Positions 28,407 to 34,590 of a stretch of DNA of 34,590 nt are shown here, in pieces. This DNA is from Thermoplasmatota archaeon. Its GTDB lineage: Archaea > Thermoplasmatota > Poseidoniia > Poseidoniales > Poseidoniaceae. Each line of letters opens with the position of its first letter. The first letter of the stretch is position 1. The stretch is from the NCBI GenBank assembly GCA_030830875.1, contig JAURMD010000058.1, positions 1 to 34,590 of the forward strand, read 5' to 3'. Both the position numbers and the translations under genes were made by a program. A model generated the notes under the pieces. That model searched no databases and had not been told where the DNA came from. It was given only the letters and a program-made list of their open reading frames with translations.

Positions 28407-29429
28407 GTGAAGGACATCAATTGGGACGACCTCAGTTTCTCGCTCACGCCTACGGATTGGATGTACGTGACAGAAGCCTCCGGAGTGGAGGCTTGGATGC
28501 CCGGCTCCCTTCGGCCCTACGGGGACTTCAGCATCTCACCGGCCGCTGGTGTGCTGAACTACGGCCAAGGTCTGTTTGAAGGCATGAAAGCCTACAGGAC
28601 CGTTGAAGGACGGCTCGTCTTCTTCAGGCCTGAGGAAAACGCTCGAAGAATGCAGGCTGGAGCAGACCGACTGAAGATGCCACCGGTCCCTGAGTCGATC
28701 TTCATCGATGCTGTGGAACAGGTCGTCGATGCGAACCGGGACTGGGTCCCACCGGTCGGAAAAGGGGCGATGTACGTGCGACCGATCCTCTTTGGATCGG
28801 GTCCAATCCTTGGTGTTGCGCCGGCCCCTTCGTTTACCTTCATGGTGTACTGTACGCCGGTCGGCCCGTATTTCAAGGGGGGAATGACGGCCATTGACCT
28901 GCTCATTTCCGAAGATCACCATCGGGCGGCCCCCGGAGGTTCGGGCGGCGTGAAAGCCATCGGCAACTATGCCCCAGGTATGTTGCCCTCAAAAGCGGCC
29001 AAAGCAGCAGGCTTCGCTGAAGTGATCTACCTCGACGCCAAAACCCACTCTTCGATTGAGGAAGTGGGGGCTGCGAACTTTTTCTCCGTCCGCGATGGAG
29101 TGCTCTCTACGCCATCCCTGACAGGAACCATCCTCCCCGGCATCACCCGTGCCTCGGTGATCGAACTTGCACGGAGTCGAGGCTACGACGTGCGGGAAGA
29201 GCGCGTGTCCGTTGAGGCGGCACTTGACGCCGATGAGGCCTTTTGCTGCGGCACGGCCGCGGTGATTTCGCCGATTGGCTCCATCACCCACCTCGGCGAA
29301 CGGCATGCCTATGGAGACGGCACGCCCGGACCCGTGACGGTTGAGTTGTACGAGGCCCTGACGGCCATCCAATCAGAGCGTGCCCCGGACACCTTTGGTT
29401 GGCTTCACGAGGTCCCACTGCTCACGTGA
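28407..29429 (+). CDS. ilvE: branched-chain amino acid aminotransferase (fold-type IV)
   Basis: Motifs LNYGQGLFEGMKAYR, MYVRPILFGSG, the catalytic Lys context GGVKAIGNYA and EEVGAANFF are present. The start is GTG, preceded by GGAGGTGAGGAG. Confidence 0.9.
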   Translation: MKDINWDDLSFSLTPTDWMYVTEASGVEAWMPGSLRPYGDFSISPAAGVLNYGQGLFEGMKAYRTVEGRLVFFRPEENARRMQAGADRLKMPPVPESIFIDAVEQVVDANRDWVPPVGKGAMYVRPILFGSGPILGVAPAPSFTFMVYCTPVGPYFKGGMTAIDLLISEDHHRAAPGGSGGVKAIGNYAPGMLPSKAAKAAGFAEVIYLDAKTHSSIEEVGAANFFSVRDGVLSTPSLTGTILPGITRASVIELARSRGYDVREERVSVEAALDADEAFCCGTAAVISPIGSITHLGERHAYGDGTPGPVTVELYEALTAIQSERAPDTFGWLHEVPLLT

Positions 29430-30575
29430 TCACGCGCTGCTCGGTCGCGGAACGTCAGCCAAAATCGCTGCAAATTCGTCACGAATGGCGGCAATGTCCA
29501 CTTTGATGGAAGCGATCGCATCCTCAAGTTCTTTTCTTCTCGCGTCGTGCTTTGCCTTGCGAGCCTCTTTTCGCTCCAACGTTAAGCGGTCGAGGTCTCG
29601 GCACCTGGTCTTGAACGAAGTCCGTGCGTTCTCCATGCGTGTCCGCAGGGAGACAATCACGCCAGGGTCTCGCTCGACGACAGGAGCCACAGCGGTTTCG
29701 AAGGTGTGGTTACGTCGCTTGTCTTCGATGTGCCAATCCGGCGTCGACTTCAAGCCACGCTTCAGGCGAAGCATCGCAAAGAATTGGATCCACCACTTCG
29801 ACGGGTCGAAATGGAACCACTTGTGGCCGTTCCGGTAGTCGGCTTGGAAGGTGTGATGGAAGTTGTGGTATCCCTCGCCAAACGTGAGGAAGGCGAGGGC
29901 TGGGGAGTCACGGCTGCTGTTGGCATCGCCGTAAGGCTGCGTGCCCCAAATGTGAGCGGCTGAGTTGATCAAGAAGGTGCCATGGTGCGTGAATACGGTA
30001 CGCGCAAGGCCAGCCCAAACGAAGCCCCCGACAGCGCCGGGAACGCCGCCGAAGGCGTATCCGACAAGTGCGGGAAGCCCCATACCAATGCCAATGGCGA
30101 CGAGCACGTACCAGCGGTGCTGCCACGCCAAGATGGGGTCGGCTTGGAGGTCTTTCACCTGCGAGAGGTCGTGTGACCGCGGACCGCCCTCATCGATCAT
30201 CACCCAGAGGATGTGGCTCCACCAAAAGCCACGGTTCGCCGAGTAGGGGTCCGCCGCATCGTCGGTATGGCGGTGATGGATGCGATGGTCTGCGCACCAA
30301 TTGAGCACGCTGTTTTCGAAGGCTCCAGCACCAAACAGCGCGTAGAACAGCCGAAGGGGCCACGATGCTTCGTGACTCCGGTGGCTGAACAAGCGGTGGT
30401 AGCCTACGGTGATCGACAAACCGCAGGCGAGGTACCAGATGACGAACAGCACGGGTTCAAGCAGCGTGACGCCCATCGTGGTGGCGTGCCACCAAATCCC
30501 CGCGACCGCCGCGATGGGGGTCAGCAGCAGAAAGAGGGAATTGACCACGTTGATCTGTCGTGACACCTGCTCCAT
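29430..30575 (-). CDS. membrane acyl-CoA/acyl-lipid Delta9-type fatty acid desaturase
   Basis: Three histidine boxes are present: HRLFSH, HRIHHRH and HNFHH (GEGYHNFHHTF). N-terminal TM helices precede them. The last ~95 aa are a charged helical tail. Confidence 0.88.
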   Translation of the reverse strand: MEQVSRQINVVNSLFLLLTPIAAVAGIWWHATTMGVTLLEPVLFVIWYLACGLSITVGYHRLFSHRSHEASWPLRLFYALFGAGAFENSVLNWCADHRIHHRHTDDAADPYSANRGFWWSHILWVMIDEGGPRSHDLSQVKDLQADPILAWQHRWYVLVAIGIGMGLPALVGYAFGGVPGAVGGFVWAGLARTVFTHHGTFLINSAAHIWGTQPYGDANSSRDSPALAFLTFGEGYHNFHHTFQADYRNGHKWFHFDPSKWWIQFFAMLRLKRGLKSTPDWHIEDKRRNHTFETAVAPVVERDPGVIVSLRTRMENARTSFKTRCRDLDRLTLERKEARKAKHDARRKELEDAIASIKVDIAAIRDEFAAILADVPRPSSA

Positions 30576-30642
30576 GTGGTGCGGGGGGCCACACCGGCTA
30601 CTAAGCGGTTCCCATTCAAAGGGCTGTCAGGCGGCCTCATCT

Positions 30643-31071
30643 TCAGCGCTTGAATCCTCGCCGCTTGAAGGAACGCCCTTTGCTCGAGGACCCGTCCCTT
30701 CCGGAGGAGCTTTGCTGTTGCTTGGATGCCTGCTGCTTGGTTTCAGCCTCGTGGTCAATGCGACGTTGCTCACGCCAGGTGCCCCCGATCATCTGCATGA
30801 TTTCCTCTTTCGAGGCGGAGCCCGCATCTTCCAAGGCACCTGCACGGCTCACAATCAATCGCCCTTCCTTGGCGTTTGGGGCCGATGGTCGCGACACGTT
30901 TGCTTCACGCTTGATTTTTCGAAGGCCGACAGCGCGTGCTGCGGCGTACAAACCGTCCAAATCTGGTTTCTTGACGGCCGCATCCTTCGCCACTCGCCTT
31001 CCCGACCTGCGGGAGCGTCGGGCATCGAAGTAGGAGGGCCACAGCACCAATCGGTCTGGGTCGTGGTCCAT
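30643..31071 (-). CDS. srp19: signal recognition particle protein SRP19 (with K/R/Q/S-rich C-terminal tail)
   Basis: LVLWPSYFDARRSRRSGRRVAKDAAVKKP is the SRP19 N-terminal signature (iWP.YfD...sR.eGRRv.k). The gene lies 40 nt downstream of rps8e. Confidence 0.85.
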   Translation of the reverse strand: MDHDPDRLVLWPSYFDARRSRRSGRRVAKDAAVKKPDLDGLYAAARAVGLRKIKREANVSRPSAPNAKEGRLIVSRAGALEDAGSASKEEIMQMIGGTWREQRRIDHEAETKQQASKQQQSSSGRDGSSSKGRSFKRRGFKR

Positions 31072-31111
31072 GTGTGCCGCTTCCCGTCGTGTGGTCCGGC
31101 CGTGCCGGGGC

Positions 31112-31492
31112 TCACTCGACCAGGACGCCGTTGATGACCCCGTCCTTTCCAGGGCGGGATGTGATGCGAACGCGACCCTTGTCGGTGTCGATGATGGCGC
31201 CCTTCACGAGGATGTTTCGTCGGACGTAGTTCGGATCGGATTCGTTCTCGACCACGCTGAGGATCGTGCCCATCGAGGTCTTGCCCTTGGCCGGGTCAGC
31301 CACCGCCACGCGGTTCTCGGCCATGACGCGGACCATCGTGTTGCCGCCAGCCTTTCGGTAGATCTTCCGCTTGGGTTCACCGACCAGCGCGAATTGCTTC
31401 TCGCTCGAAATCTCGGTCTTGCGCTTGCCGCGGGCCTGAACCCGTCGTCCGCCTGTTGTCTTTCGTCGAGAGATGCCGTGCCATTGGGCCAT
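31112..31492 (-). CDS. rps8e: 30S ribosomal protein S8e
   Basis: MAQWHGISRRKTTGGRRVQARGKRK...NYVRRNILVKGAIIDTDKGRVRITSRPGKDGVINGVLV matches the S8e signature. Confidence 0.92.
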   Translation of the reverse strand: MAQWHGISRRKTTGGRRVQARGKRKTEISSEKQFALVGEPKRKIYRKAGGNTMVRVMAENRVAVADPAKGKTSMGTILSVVENESDPNYVRRNILVKGAIIDTDKGRVRITSRPGKDGVINGVLVE

Positions 31493-31530
31493 GGAATGCT
31501 CACCTCGCAGCCACGCCGACTTGCACGGCG

Positions 31531-31539
31531 TATATGAAA
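31531..31539 (-). promoter_or_regulatory. TATA-box-like TTTCATATA upstream of rps8e
   Basis: The element lies about 39 nt upstream of the ATG at 31492, with GAGGTGAGC between them. It sits directly after the stop codon of the FAH-family gene. Confidence 0.35.
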
Positions 31540-31546
31540 GCCACCC

Positions 31547-32140
31547 TCAGGCACATTCGACCTCAAGAAGGGAGAGGACCTTGCCCGCCGACGAGGCCAG
31601 CACGGCCTTCACATGCTCGCCCGGATGCAAGCGACCAACACCGGCAGGGGTGCCCGTGAACAACAGGTCACCTTCGACCAACGGCGCCCACGCTCGCAAG
31701 TCTTCAAGGAGTGCACGCGGGGAGAGGCTCATGCTGCTCAAGGGCGCAGATTGCCGAAGTTCGCCGTCCACGCTCAGTTCGAGGTGAAGGTCGAGAAGGT
31801 CGTCGAGGGGCTTGTCCCATGCCACCCATGGCCCAACACGCGCCGCGCCTCGGAACGCCTTTCCACGAGCCCAGGGGAGGCCTTCAGGACGGGCAGCGGC
31901 CTGTGCAGCACGGTCGGTGAGGTCCAGGCCTACGGCGATGTGGGAGACCACGAGGTTGGCGTCAAGCCGGAGCACCAACTCGACTTCATGGTGCACTTCT
32001 CCGTCGTGCCCGGTGACGTCGATTGGGCCTTCGATGAGGCACGATGCGGGTTTTAGAAACACGATTGGCGCCTTGGGCAGGGAATTCCCAAGTTCTTCGG
32101 CATGCGCTGCAAACGTCCGAATGGCGCACCACAGCGTCAT
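31547..32140 (-). CDS. fumarylacetoacetate hydrolase (FAH) family protein
   Basis: MTLWCAIRTFAAHAEELGNSLPKAPIVFLKPASCL...HHEVELV...LLFTGTPAGVG matches small FAH-family hydratases/isomerases. The start was trimmed from 32182 to the Met that aligns with the usual family N-terminus. Confidence 0.8.
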   Translation of the reverse strand: MTLWCAIRTFAAHAEELGNSLPKAPIVFLKPASCLIEGPIDVTGHDGEVHHEVELVLRLDANLVVSHIAVGLDLTDRAAQAAARPEGLPWARGKAFRGAARVGPWVAWDKPLDDLLDLHLELSVDGELRQSAPLSSMSLSPRALLEDLRAWAPLVEGDLLFTGTPAGVGRLHPGEHVKAVLASSAGKVLSLLEVECA

Positions 32141-32213
32141 GGGTGCTGCAGAAGCGCACGGGTCTTGGACCCTCCCGCGCAACCGTCAAGGAGGGGAGCA
32201 TGAAGGAGGGGGT

Positions 32214-32720
32214 ATGGTGAAGGACTGGACCATTCGAAAGCGCCGGCCCGTCCGACGAAAGGCCATCGCACCGCTCCTCAAAGAACTGGAGCGGGTGTTG
32301 GGGATCGATTTGAACGTGGATGGAGCCTTTCTGGAGCAGGCGGAATACGGACCTTGGGACCTCGTGTTCGTCGACAAAACGCCGAAGGCGGTTCGCATCA
32401 CCAACCCTGACGAGGATTCGATTGCAGCCTTGACCTTGCGAGGCCTCATCGAGCACCCTGATGCGAAACGCTGGGTGTCGGTGGACCACGGAGCCATCAG
32501 TTTCCTCATGAACGGAGCCGACTGCATGGTCGCAGGCGTCAGCGACGCGGACCCTGACATCCGGGAAGGGGACTTAGTGTGGGTCCGCGACGAAACCCAC
32601 CACAGGCCCCTCGCCCTTGGATGGGCGATGATGGATGGAGCCTTGATGAGCGATGCAACTTCAGGAAAGGCGGTCAAAACCGTCCATTGGGTGGGCGACG
32701 AATTATGGGAGATGGAATGA
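32214..32720 (+). CDS. PUA-domain RNA-binding protein (pre-PUA + PUA, MCT-1/Tma20-like)
   Basis: The PUA pattern is VSVDHGAISFLMNGADCMVAGV...IREGDLVWVRDETHHRPLALGWAMM...GKAVKTVHWVGDELWE. The ATG at 32214 is preceded by GAAGGAGGGGG. The upstream part of the track ORF (31812-) is antisense to the FAH gene. Confidence 0.8.
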   Translation: MVKDWTIRKRRPVRRKAIAPLLKELERVLGIDLNVDGAFLEQAEYGPWDLVFVDKTPKAVRITNPDEDSIAALTLRGLIEHPDAKRWVSVDHGAISFLMNGADCMVAGVSDADPDIREGDLVWVRDETHHRPLALGWAMMDGALMSDATSGKAVKTVHWVGDELWEME

Positions 32721-32761
32721 GGCACCCACACCTTCATTCCTGACCACTGTGAGGGTATACC

Positions 32762-33334
32762 ATGGCGAATCGAACATGGCTGGGCCTTTGCCTCATCGTA
32801 CTGCTCAGCACCGCATCGGCTGGCGGGACAGGTGGCAACGACGAGGGGCCTGACCCTGAGATGACGCCGTTTGCGGCCCATGACGCGACTTCCCCCTCCG
32901 TCTCCGGCTCCGTGTGGAGCCTGAAACTTGTGCTTGACGACGAGGTCGTCGCCAACGGATCGACCGTCGCCATCACCACCCAGATTTGTACGAACGATGG
33001 GGTCTGCGACCCTCCTGTTGCTCAGGAATCGACGGTCTCCGACGACGGCTCCACCTACACGATCAGCCTCACACCAAAGGACGACCACACCTACGTCAAC
33101 TGGCGGGTTCGAGTGACATGGGCTGACGGCAGTACGGAGGACTTCCCTGACGCAGATTGGTACAAGGTGTGGTCTTCGTGCTGGTTCGACGGCACGTCAT
33201 GGGGAGGTCCCGAGGCCGACGCAACCGGTTGCACCGAGGCCGACGAAGACGCCCCCGGACTGGGACTTCTGCTGACGGTTGGGGCCCTGACTGGTGCTGC
33301 GTTGACGGTCCATTTGGTTTCACGCCGAACCTGA
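32762..33334 (+). CDS. small secreted, C-terminally anchored surface protein (PGF-CTERM-like tail)
   Basis: The signal peptide is MANRTWLGLCLIVLLSTASAGG. It has a beta-rich body with four Cys. The C-terminus is EDAPGLGLLLTVGALTGAALTVHLVSRRT. Confidence 0.65.
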   Translation: MANRTWLGLCLIVLLSTASAGGTGGNDEGPDPEMTPFAAHDATSPSVSGSVWSLKLVLDDEVVANGSTVAITTQICTNDGVCDPPVAQESTVSDDGSTYTISLTPKDDHTYVNWRVRVTWADGSTEDFPDADWYKVWSSCWFDGTSWGGPEADATGCTEADEDAPGLGLLLTVGALTGAALTVHLVSRRT

Positions 33335-33715
33335 ACCCTCGTGCTCGACAGCGCGATCGAAAAAGCGACGCACTTCATGCGTCCAACCAACAACCACGAC
33401 GTTGGCGTTGTTCCTTTCCTTGTTGAGGCGTCCCTCCCTCATCCCGGGTTGTTCGAGGTCGCTCGGCACAAGGGGCAACCTCGCCGAGGCCCATGTTAGG
33501 TGGCACCCGTCGGACTTGGCCACAACGTGCAATCCACATGCGCGAACCTCACGCTCGCTCACGCGAGCGTCGAGGCGGCGGAGCCGTCGAGCGATTTCCT
33601 CCAGCACAAGTTCGGGCGCTTCGTCCCGTGCTCCATAGGCATCGAGGAATGCAAGCTCCGTTGCGTTCTGCTCAATGAGGTGGTCAAGACCACGCCCTCC
33701 GTTCGGGTCCGACAC
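33320..33715 (-). CDS. hypothetical 131-aa protein translationally coupled to the upstream ParA/Soj gene
   Basis: A GTG start lies 4 nt after the parA stop, with GAAGGGGTGA as a likely Shine-Dalgarno sequence. I recognise no motif. The 3' end overlaps the convergent 190-aa gene by 15 nt. Confidence 0.5.
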   Translation of the reverse strand: MSDPNGGRGLDHLIEQNATELAFLDAYGARDEAPELVLEEIARRLRRLDARVSEREVRACGLHVVAKSDGCHLTWASARLPLVPSDLEQPGMREGRLNKERNNANVVVVGWTHEVRRFFDRAVEHEGSGSA

Positions 33716-33719
33716 TCCG

Positions 33720-34514
33720 TCACCCCTTCGTCAATCCCCAGCGGCGGCCGAGGGTTTGGGCGATTCTGAGGTGGTCTTGACCACCGTTCGACCGTGGCGC
33801 ATGCACATGGATCGGTTCACCTTCGCTTGTGGCTTCAGCGAGCCGGATGTTCCGACGGATGGGGGGTTCGATCACGGCGTCACCAAGGTGCTCTCGGAGT
33901 TGCCCGGCAATCTGGTTGTTGAGGAGGGTGGGGGCGTGCATGGTCATCAGGACACCGTCCACACCAAGCCTTGGGTTCAATCTCAACCGAACCTGCTCGA
34001 TGGTCCTCAGGAGCATCGCGATGCCCTCCAACGCGAAGTATTCCGTCTGCACGGGGATGACCACCCCATCGGCGGCGCACATGGCGTTCACGGCGAGCAA
34101 GCCTAGGTTGGGAGGGGTATCGACCAGCACGATGTCGTAATGTGGAAGCAACGGCGCCAATCCTTCTGCAAGCCTGGATTCGCGACCGAGTTCAGCAATG
34201 AGCACATCATCAATCCCGACCAATCGACGGTCCCCGACGATGAGGTGCAGGTTGGCGACCGACGTCGCATACCTGCATGCACCGGCCGATTCAGGTTCAA
34301 GCAAGAGGTCCCGCGTGCTGCGCACGACGTCGGCCTTTCGGATGCCGAGGCCTGTTGCACAATTTCCTTGGGCATCAAGGTCGACAATCAACACACGGCT
34401 GCCGGCCTGTGCGAGGGCGGCAGCCACGTTGATCACCGTGGTGGTTTTTCCCACACCGCCCTTCTGATTCATCACGGCCACCACACGTGCGCGCTCACGC
34501 GTGAGAGGAGCCAT
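33720..34514 (-). CDS. ParA/Soj-family ATPase (canonical ~260-aa form)
   Basis: Motifs VVAVMNQKGGVGKTTTVINVAAALA, LIVDLDAQGN, IVLVDTPPNLG and PVQTEYFALEG are present. Confidence 0.88.
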   Translation of the reverse strand: MAPLTRERARVVAVMNQKGGVGKTTTVINVAAALAQAGSRVLIVDLDAQGNCATGLGIRKADVVRSTRDLLLEPESAGACRYATSVANLHLIVGDRRLVGIDDVLIAELGRESRLAEGLAPLLPHYDIVLVDTPPNLGLLAVNAMCAADGVVIPVQTEYFALEGIAMLLRTIEQVRLRLNPRLGVDGVLMTMHAPTLLNNQIAGQLREHLGDAVIEPPIRRNIRLAEATSEGEPIHVHAPRSNGGQDHLRIAQTLGRRWGLTKG

Positions 34515-34525
34515 CGGGGGGAGGG

Positions 34526-34590
34526 TCAGCGGCGTTCGAGGCCTCGCTGCACCATGATGCTCGTCGTGTTGAAGGTGGCCACGGGGTGCA
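34526..34590 (-). CDS. 3' end of an unidentified gene running off the window edge (partial)
   Basis: The open frame ...HPVATFNTTSIMVQRGLERR ends at the TGA (34526-34528), 11 nt upstream of the parA start. It is too short to identify. Confidence 0.25.
   Translation of the reverse strand, partial: HPVATFNTTSIMVQRGLERR

Noticed and set aside
31812-32213. A 134-residue N-terminal extension of the PUA ORF (track ORF 31812-32720).
   Set aside because: This part is antisense to the FAH-family gene and is R/A/S-rich. The ATG at 32214 has a strong GAAGGAGG Shine-Dalgarno sequence and gives a normal-sized PUA protein.
32186-33088. A 300-aa minus-strand ORF.
   Set aside because: It is antisense to the PUA-domain gene (clear PUA signature) and to the signal-peptide-bearing 190-aa gene.
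1-34590. A replication origin, given the nearby polB, GINS-like and ParA genes.
   Set aside because: No orc1/cdc6 gene is present, there is no extended AT-rich intergenic region, and I saw no ORB-like repeated elements. All spacers are at most about 120 nt.

Overview
This is a high-GC archaeal chromosomal segment. The lineage call rests on archaeal/eukaryal-type ribosomal proteins (L7Ae, S28e, L24e, S8e, S10), aIF5B, EF-1alpha, SRP19, a family-B DNA polymerase and a GINS51-like protein. Conserved housekeeping strings are L7Ae-S28e-L24e-ndk-aIF5B (89-3257, +), PolB...EF-1alpha-S10 (28302-22643, -) and S8e-SRP19 (31492-30643, -). These are interleaved with envelope and accessory genes: a MoxR ATPase, two ParA/Soj ATPases each followed by small unannotatable ORFs, and a P1B heavy-metal ATPase followed by a triplicated zinc-ribbon protein. 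The accessory set also includes an 853-aa protein with about 540 residues of uninterrupted charged coiled coil. It is tightly followed by a 795-aa beta-propeller/TSP3-repeat type-I membrane protein. Further accessory genes are a 2075-aa sequon-rich surface protein next to a convergent tRNA-Leu pair, a PKD lipoprotein, a Delta9 acyl desaturase, a BCAT, and HAD, FAH and PUA proteins. Giant surface proteins, TSP3/PKD modules and a desaturase resemble uncultured planktonic Euryarchaeota such as Marine Group II, but that is inference only. I recognised no rRNA, CRISPR array, transposase, integrase or intein. The best candidate for an undescribed system is the coiled-coil plus propeller/TSP3 membrane protein pair (5953-10935), possibly with the upstream zinc-ribbon gene. 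The two ParA loci and a GINS51-like gene with a very long inter-domain insert are secondary candidates. All start codons are chosen by eye, and many long ORFs in the six-frame track are antisense shadows of real genes.
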